Shown here piece after piece: positions 58,282-64,000 of a stretch of DNA of 64,000 nt (the stretch's first letter is position 1; every line of letters begins with the position of its first letter). Source of the DNA: an uncultured Candidatus Saccharibacteria bacterium. GTDB lineage: Bacteria; Patescibacteriota; Minisyncoccia; Phycocordibacterales; UBA2100. The notes below the pieces were generated by a model. That model was not told where the DNA came from. It saw nothing but the letters and a program-made list of their open reading frames with translations, and ran no database searches. The DNA lies in NCBI GenBank assembly GCA_964545165.1, contig CAZJEQ010000001.1, positions 1,971 to 65,970 of the forward strand, given 5' to 3'. The position numbers and the translations under genes were made by a program.

Positions 58282-60504
58282 CTATTCTTTTAAGCGAGGT
58301 TCAACCCGCTTTAATAATACCGCGTTCGTGGCGACGATGATGGAGGAGGCGGACATAAGGAGCGCGGCGATTTCGGGTCGCAAGGACCAGCCAAGAGATG
58401 TGTAGAACACACCGGCGGCAACGGGAATGGCAAGTACATTGTAGATCGCGGCCCAAAAGAGATTCTGCTTCATTTTTGTAACAGTCGCCTTGCTTAGGCG
58501 AAGTGCGGCCACGATGTCGTACGGGTCTGACTTCATAAGTACGATGTTACCGGTCTCGATTGCAACATCAGTACCCGCCCCAATGGCTATGCCAATGTCA
58601 GATTGCGCCAAAGCGGGGGCATCATTGATGCCATCACCGACCATCGCGACAAACTTGCCTTCGTCTTGGAGTTTCTTCACGTATTTTGCTTTCTCCTCCG
58701 GAAGCACCTGTGCGAAGTAGCGTTCGATGCCAAGCTGTGTGGCGACCGCTTTAGCCACCTGTTCGTGGTCACCCGTGATCATGACTACTTCCAAGCCCAT
58801 CTCTTTGAGTTTTGACACTGTTTTCTTTGCAGAATCACGCACCGTATCGGCGACGCCGATAGCTCCGGCGACTTTGCCGTCAATCGCCACGATGCTTATG
58901 GTATTCCCAGTATCGAGCAATCGGTTGATTTCTTTTTGAAGTGGCGAAAGATCGATATTGCTTTGCTTCATGAGGCGTTCGGTTCCCGCAATGACGTCTC
59001 TGCTGTCCGCAAGCGCGCGCACGCCGTGGCCGCCGATCGATTCAAACTTTTCAACTTTCTTCTCGATCGACACATTCCGCTTCTTTGCCTCCTCGATGAT
59101 GGCAAGGCTAATTGGGTGATTAGAGCTTCGCTCCACCGCGGCAGCATACGCAAGCACATCTTCTTTGGTGTATGAATTTATAGAAACGACTTCGGTGACT
59201 TTGGGTTTTCCTTCCGTGAGCGTTCCTGTTTTATCTAACACGATAGCAGTGAGCTTTGACGTATTTTCAAGCGTTGCCGCGTCTTTGATGAGAATGTTGT
59301 GCTTTGCGCCAAGACCAGTGCCTACCGCAACAGCGGTAGGGGTGGCAAGTCCTAAGGCATCGGGACACGCAATGACAACGGTCGAAACAGCAAAGGTAAG
59401 CGCAGTCAGAAGTCCTACATCACCAAAGAAATACCAGCCAATAAAAGCGGCCGTGCCAGAGCCGATGGCAACGACAACTAATCTGCCTGCCCACAGATCC
59501 GCGATTCTCTGTCCGGGCGCTTTAGAGTTCTGCGCGGTTTCCACCATTTTGATGATCTGTGCAAGTACAGTATCTGCACCGACTTTTGTCGCCTTGAATT
59601 GCACAGCACCGGTGAGATTTACCGAACCGCCCACCACTTTGTCTCCCTTCGCTTTGGAGACAGGGATTGATTCACCGGTCACCAGCGATTCGTCGATTGA
59701 TGTTCCGCCTTCAGTCACTTCTCCATCTACCGGCACCTTGTCGCCGGGGCGCAAAACGACGATATCGCCCTGCACTATCTCGGAGCTTGGTATCGAGAGT
59801 TCTTTCCCATTACGGACAACCGTCGCTTTCGGAGGCACTAGATCAAAGAGCGCACGCAGCGCATCAGAGGTTCCCCGGCGCGATTTCATTTCCATCCAAT
59901 GACCGAAGAGGACGAAGGTAACGAGGAGCGCAGCTGCTTCGTAGAAAGTCTCACTCTCGGGCTGGATCAATGTAAGAAGCACGCTAAAGAGGTACGCCGC
60001 AAGGACACCGGTAGCGATGAGTACCGCCATGTTGAGCTTCCGGGCTTTCAGGGAGTAGTAGGTACCGGTTATGAAAATTGAACCAGTCCAAAAGACAATA
60101 GGAGTCGTGAGGATCAGAAGAATCCAACTCGCTGGAATGGGGGTTGGGAGATTAAGTCCGAAAAAATTGATGCCCACAGGAGAGTAGAGAAATATCGGGA
60201 TCGAAAGAGCCAAGGAAATCCAGAAACGGCGGCGCATATCTCTCTCCATCGCCTTCGCCATTTGTGGATTTGTCATCGCTGACTCGTGATCCATATGGCT
60301 GACCTTCGACATATCGTGCCCGGCATGTTCTCCAGCACTTTCTTTTGACGATGCGGCCTTGGGAATTAAATCCATGCCACACCCGGGACATTTGCCGGGT
60401 TCCTTCTTTACTACCTCCGGATGCATGGGGCAGGTGTAAACAGCGCTCGACGAATCTTTGACGACCACTTTTGCATGCTTATGGTTGTGATGTTTGTGGT
60501 TCAT
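58282..60504 (-). CDS. copA: Copper-translocating P1B-type ATPase
   Basis: YTCPMHP, TGES, CPD, DKTGTLT, HP, GDGINDAP, YN and MxxSS. Confidence 0.93.
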   Translation of the reverse strand: MNHKHHNHKHAKVVVKDSSSAVYTCPMHPEVVKKEPGKCPGCGMDLIPKAASSKESAGEHAGHDMSKVSHMDHESAMTNPQMAKAMERDMRRRFWISLALSIPIFLYSPVGINFFGLNLPTPIPASWILLILTTPIVFWTGSIFITGTYYSLKARKLNMAVLIATGVLAAYLFSVLLTLIQPESETFYEAAALLVTFVLFGHWMEMKSRRGTSDALRALFDLVPPKATVVRNGKELSIPSSEIVQGDIVVLRPGDKVPVDGEVTEGGTSIDESLVTGESIPVSKAKGDKVVGGSVNLTGAVQFKATKVGADTVLAQIIKMVETAQNSKAPGQRIADLWAGRLVVVAIGSGTAAFIGWYFFGDVGLLTALTFAVSTVVIACPDALGLATPTAVAVGTGLGAKHNILIKDAATLENTSKLTAIVLDKTGTLTEGKPKVTEVVSINSYTKEDVLAYAAAVERSSNHPISLAIIEEAKKRNVSIEKKVEKFESIGGHGVRALADSRDVIAGTERLMKQSNIDLSPLQKEINRLLDTGNTISIVAIDGKVAGAIGVADTVRDSAKKTVSKLKEMGLEVVMITGDHEQVAKAVATQLGIERYFAQVLPEEKAKYVKKLQDEGKFVAMVGDGINDAPALAQSDIGIAIGAGTDVAIETGNIVLMKSDPYDIVAALRLSKATVTKMKQNLFWAAIYNVLAIPVAAGVFYTSLGWSLRPEIAALLMSASSIIVATNAVLLKRVEPRLKE

Positions 60505-60514
60505 AGTGCGAACG

Positions 60515-60766
60515 TTAAAGCCAATAGTTAATAACTCCGAAAATGAGAATGGCTGTCACGATAAGCGTATTGATAAACATGCCGATTTGATCCGCATCTC
60601 TCCACGCCTTATACGTGCTGTAGAGCCAGAAAACTTCTGAAATCAGGTTCGCAATAACACCGTATTCCGGAAGTTTGAGCGAAGTGAGCAAGAAGCCGAG
60701 CATTGTAAATCCAACCAGCCCGACCTGCATAAAACTATTAAGCGATCTCTGTTCCGGTTGAATCAT
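60515..60766 (-). CDS. Small membrane protein
   Basis: Three TM segments; overlaps the upstream stop. Confidence 0.6.
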   Translation of the reverse strand: MIQPEQRSLNSFMQVGLVGFTMLGFLLTSLKLPEYGVIANLISEVFWLYSTYKAWRDADQIGMFINTLIVTAILIFGVINYWL

Positions 60767-61602
60767 ATTATTTTTAATAATTGCCGTGTCTCTTTAATAA
60801 CTGTGTCAGCTCGCGCCGGTGATCCAACTATTTTTTGCAAAATATCAGGATTGTCTAAAATGTCCTTGCATAAAATAAGCCCCTCACCTAACAACTCTTG
60901 TTTTTGGAAACGATTGAGGAGCGTAAGGCATGTAAGCGGGTGTAGATTGTGCCGTTCGATCAGTGCTTCCAAACCACCGGCTGCTGGGTAACTCCAACCG
61001 ATTGCAGTCATGCCAACGCACTTCGCATAGTCAGTTGCGTCCGATGTGAGTTTAGTATTGGTTACGAGCCACACCTCGTGGAATTTCTCTCCGTGCTCCG
61101 GTTGCTTCTTCCACCGACGCTCGATGTCCTCGAAGCGAGCTTGTACATACAAAGATATTTTCACGTCCGATCGCAATCCCGACTGGTTGTGGAATTTGCA
61201 TTCAACCATCACATGCCTATCACCTTTAGTGCCGACTACATCGACTTCATGCTTGACGCACACTCCCGGAACGATTTTTGCCACTTCGACGGCGAATCCC
61301 TCTGATTTCATAAGCTCACCAACGAAACGCTCAAATGGCCTACCAGTCGGGCCCAACTCCATGAGCGCGTTTTTAAGACTGTAGCGGGCAGCAGTCGGCC
61401 GATTCGTTTTACGAAGCAGGGAGAAGGCTTTGCGGTAGATGTCCGATGTCTTCATTCCTTCTGTAATCTCGTTTTCAATATGAACGACAATATCGTCAAT
61501 TAATGCGGGTGACGCGTGCACCCGCTGTAGTGATCGCCGAAGCTTATCTTCCGAAAATGCTTCTCTTTCTCCCGATGCCTTTGTGATACGAATCGTTTTC
61601 AT
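60763..61602 (-). CDS. ATP-cone domain plus Mrr-like PD-(D/E)xK nuclease-fold protein
   Basis: ITKASGEREAFSEDKLRRSL (ATP cone); GRPFE, HEVDV, VECKFH, VTNT. Confidence 0.85.
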   Translation of the reverse strand: MKTIRITKASGEREAFSEDKLRRSLQRVHASPALIDDIVVHIENEITEGMKTSDIYRKAFSLLRKTNRPTAARYSLKNALMELGPTGRPFERFVGELMKSEGFAVEVAKIVPGVCVKHEVDVVGTKGDRHVMVECKFHNQSGLRSDVKISLYVQARFEDIERRWKKQPEHGEKFHEVWLVTNTKLTSDATDYAKCVGMTAIGWSYPAAGGLEALIERHNLHPLTCLTLLNRFQKQELLGEGLILCKDILDNPDILQKIVGSPARADTVIKETRQLLKII

Positions 61603-61604
61603 GG

Positions 61605-61826
61605 TTACTTGTGCTCGTACTCCGGTTTATTGTGATCATGGCCGTGCCCTCGGTGCATAAATATATGCAGAAGTGGACAAGCGAGAAGTATGAGATACGG
61701 TAGAAGAACAAGTACGTGCGAAGTGTGATTTCTAAGAAGAAATACGAGACCGGCAAACCCGATGATTGCGACGACTATCCAGTGCGTCTTTGAAAACAGA
61801 CCTCCGTTATTTTCTTGATTGTGCAT
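61605..61826 (-). CDS. DUF2933 family membrane protein
   Basis: LPYLILLACPLLHIFMHRGHGH. Confidence 0.85.
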   Translation of the reverse strand: MHNQENNGGLFSKTHWIVVAIIGFAGLVFLLRNHTSHVLVLLPYLILLACPLLHIFMHRGHGHDHNKPEYEHK

Positions 61827-61853
61827 ATCTTTGTTAGTTATCGTTTATAAATT

Positions 61854-62603
61854 TCATTCGACCACGATTGAACCTTCAATCGCTGGGTTTATATGGTCGT
61901 GGTAGGGCCATGTGCCTTTTGAATCGAACGTGTACATGTAACTCTGACCTTTTGCAACCCCGTTAAATTGGTCAAATGTGGCCAGGATCTCGTGCGATGG
62001 GTGCATGTTTGATGCAACCCACATTTCCTCGTCGCTTTGGTTTACGAATTCGACCATGGTGCCGACTGGTACGGTAAGTTTTGCAGGCTCAAAACCAGAG
62101 TTCGTGTAGCGAACAGTTACCATTCCCATACCGCCCTCTGGGGCAACTTCGTGCTCAAAGATAGACGCGAGTACTGGCTTACCAGTCTTCGCGAATACGG
62201 CAGAGGCAGTAATCGGCTGATCAAGTTCGCTGAACGACTTGTCTCCATCGTCTTGGTAGATCATTGCAATGAGCTGGTCAGTCTCTTTGTAGGTGTAGAA
62301 GTCACCAAGTTCAATAGTTATATTTTCATGTTCTCCCGCCTCAAAATACCGGCTGATTTCTATGACCTGACCAACACGTCTGCCGTCGCCACCACGGACG
62401 ACCACATATCCGCCCTGTGCTAACGTGGCGCGATTTATTGTGACTGATGCTCGTGCGTCTTGCGGAGAAATGATGAGCTGTTCAGTAGCCTGGCTTACAG
62501 AAGATTCGATGACTCCGTTTCCATTTGTGAGATAGAGCGCATACGCACCCACGCCAACGATAAGCACGGCCGAGAGAACTGTTAGGATCGTTTTGGATTT
62601 CAT
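61854..62603 (-). CDS. Cupredoxin domain protein
   Basis: N-terminal TM; FEP..LTV..GT.V.FVN, HPSH, GTWPYHDH, G.IVVE. Confidence 0.8.
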   Translation of the reverse strand: MKSKTILTVLSAVLIVGVGAYALYLTNGNGVIESSVSQATEQLIISPQDARASVTINRATLAQGGYVVVRGGDGRRVGQVIEISRYFEAGEHENITIELGDFYTYKETDQLIAMIYQDDGDKSFSELDQPITASAVFAKTGKPVLASIFEHEVAPEGGMGMVTVRYTNSGFEPAKLTVPVGTMVEFVNQSDEEMWVASNMHPSHEILATFDQFNGVAKGQSYMYTFDSKGTWPYHDHINPAIEGSIVVE

Positions 62604-62604
62604 A

Positions 62605-62877
62605 TCATCTTTTCTTTTGGGCAAGTCGGTAGACTTTGAGAATTTCACTTATAGCCTGCTTGTTCTTTCCCGAACGTATTTGCTCAATGACATGGGTAGA
62701 TAAGTGGTTCTCCAGCATCAAGTCCTCGACACCCGCGAGAGCTTCTTTTATTGCGGATGTTTGCGTAATGACATCAATGCAATACTTCTCATCGCTCACC
62801 ATCCTCTGAAGTCCTCTTACCTGGCCCTCGATGAGTTTCAGCCTTCTGATAACTTTACGCTTTGTGTCTTCTTTCAT
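62605..62877 (-). CDS. csoR: CsoR/RcnR family metal-sensing repressor
   Basis: RRLKLIEGQVRGLQRMV..EKYCIDVITQ...ENHLSTH. Confidence 0.92.
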   Translation of the reverse strand: MKEDTKRKVIRRLKLIEGQVRGLQRMVSDEKYCIDVITQTSAIKEALAGVEDLMLENHLSTHVIEQIRSGKNKQAISEILKVYRLAQKKR

Positions 62878-62884
62878 GATGCCC

Positions 62885-62913
62885 AGTATACCCCCACAGG
62901 GTATACGGTGCAA
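62885..62913 (-). promoter_or_regulatory. CsoR operator overlapping a sigma70 promoter
   Basis: GTATACCC-CCACA-GGGTATAC (62886-62906) within minus-strand TTGCAC-N17-TATACT. Confidence 0.85.
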
Positions 62914-62918
62914 CTAGG

Positions 62919-63341
62919 TTATTCGTAACGCAGTTCAATCTTGTCGCCGTCTTTCATTTGGTAGTTCTCGAACTCGGTATTTTCCTTGCCGTTCACGGTC
63001 ATTTTCAAGCTTGAGCCGAATGAGTTGAAGTCCTTGCCCCAATTCTTGAAGAATGCACCGAGCGTAACCTCGTCCTTCTTTGCTGATCCAGCGAATTCCA
63101 TATGGATGATGGGGAGATCGTCGTGCGTATGGATGGGTCTATGTCCTCCCGCGAGTCCAATTCCTTGCGGAATTTCTTGCTTTTCTCCTTTGACATAGAT
63201 CATTAACTCCGGATGCCAATGGAATGCACCTGCCGATACTATGTTTGGGTCACTACTTTGTAAGAGTCGCGACCAACCAAGCAAGCCGGTGATAAGAACG
63301 ATGAATCCGATGATCCACCATAGTGTTGGTATCTTTTTCAT
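62919..63341 (-). CDS. Membrane-anchored His-motif protein
   Basis: TM, HWH, IHTHD, IHME, beta-grasp-like C-terminus. Confidence 0.7.
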   Translation of the reverse strand: MKKIPTLWWIIGFIVLITGLLGWSRLLQSSDPNIVSAGAFHWHPELMIYVKGEKQEIPQGIGLAGGHRPIHTHDDLPIIHMEFAGSAKKDEVTLGAFFKNWGKDFNSFGSSLKMTVNGKENTEFENYQMKDGDKIELRYE

Positions 63342-63347
63342 GTTTGT

Positions 63348-63920
63348 TTAATGGGTAACGTGATCACCAGGACCGCCACAGCCGTCTGAGAGATTCCAGA
63401 CTTCAGTGACCTGTTCTCCGGTGAAGCCGTATTTTTGAATGAGTAATTTTCCTAAGCCACCGTAGACATACCAGCGCCAGCATTTGCAGCAGCACGGGCC
63501 TTTTTCGTTAGAGTTTTGCATCGCGTAGTCATACGCTTCTTGCTCCTCCGGCGTAAGTTGTACGTCGTAATACGCCTTCAGTTGCTTTGCGAGTACTGCA
63601 TCAATGTCGTACGGATCAGAAGGAATCTCGGGAATGTCCTTGAATTTCTTTAGCCCCGTGACTTGTTCCTCGTAGCGGTGCGGATCCATTGGAGAGCAAC
63701 ATGAGCCTTGAATCCGGCCGGTGTCTGGCATGGTATCTATTGAACCTGCAAAAGCTGCCGAACATGTCGAGTTCCCGTTCTTGCTTAAGACATCGAACTT
63801 GGCGGCCAGAGCTTCGTCGGCAATGAGCGCTACGGGGGTTGTCCTTGTGGTGCTGAAATAGTACGCGCCTCCGATGAGAAGCACGGTTATCGCAACAGCA
63901 ATTGATAATTGAGTGTTCAT
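63348..63920 (-). CDS. Membrane-anchored Cys-rich hypothetical protein
   Basis: TM, GSCC, GPCCCKCWRW, DGCG. Confidence 0.7.
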   Translation of the reverse strand: MNTQLSIAVAITVLLIGGAYYFSTTRTTPVALIADEALAAKFDVLSKNGNSTCSAAFAGSIDTMPDTGRIQGSCCSPMDPHRYEEQVTGLKKFKDIPEIPSDPYDIDAVLAKQLKAYYDVQLTPEEQEAYDYAMQNSNEKGPCCCKCWRWYVYGGLGKLLIQKYGFTGEQVTEVWNLSDGCGGPGDHVTH

Positions 63921-64000
63921 GGTTTGAGTTCCGGCTCGCACACAAGCGGTTTTGTACTTTGTTTTGCTAAGAGATACGTTGAGTACCCGAGGAGCGCAAC
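63917..64000 (-). CDS. 3' end of a membrane protein truncated by the window edge
   Basis: ...VALLGYSTYLLAKQSTKPLVCEPELKP*, ATGA overlap with the next gene. Confidence 0.5.
   Translation of the reverse strand, partial: VALLGYSTYLLAKQSTKPLVCEPELKP

Larger units (their letters stand above)
44200..64000. mobile_element. Accessory/genomic island (defence, terminase cassette, copper resistance); right end beyond window
   Basis: Abrupt switch from core genes to CBASS, MTases, terminase and metal-resistance genes; visibly more AT-rich toward the right; no integrase within window, left boundary approximate. Confidence 0.7.

Noticed and set aside
1-64000. CRISPR array or rRNA genes
   Set aside because: No regularly spaced repeat-spacer series, cas genes or rRNA-like sequence were seen; repeats at ~20.1 kb and ~31.75 kb are in-frame coding repeats

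Overview
Chromosomal segment of a small-genome bacterium, most likely Patescibacteria/CPR (Parcubacteria-like). This is inferred from the short YebC and HolA, the type IV pilus genes, the large Cys-rich surface proteins and a tRNA-Arg(GCG). Bases 1 to ~44,200 are mostly core genes: dnaN, PBP1A, ruvC/B/A/X, yebC, pilB-like ATPase, tsaE, polA, holA, murE, rpsT, a partial riboflavin/FAD cluster, pilM-N-O and four tRNAs. A notable block at 6.0-8.8 kb holds a stand-alone DnaA domain IV-like gene, a phased array of DnaA-box-like 9-mers, an unexplained ~240-nt structured RNA, and a retron (msr-msd with an 18-nt inverted repeat) whose RT is fused to an intact trypsin-like protease. From ~44,200 to the end is an accessory island. 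It carries a tightly packed lexA-DUF2188-HNH/SAVED-CD-NTase-E2 (CBASS) operon, a ParB-MTase/MTase/terminase cassette without capsid genes, an SNase, a C-protein-like regulator with tandem operators, and a CsoR-controlled copper cluster. Two Cys-rich small ORFs missing from the ORF track and a 6S-like RNA were found by reading the sequence. All calls come from motif recognition only; no searches or folding programs were run.
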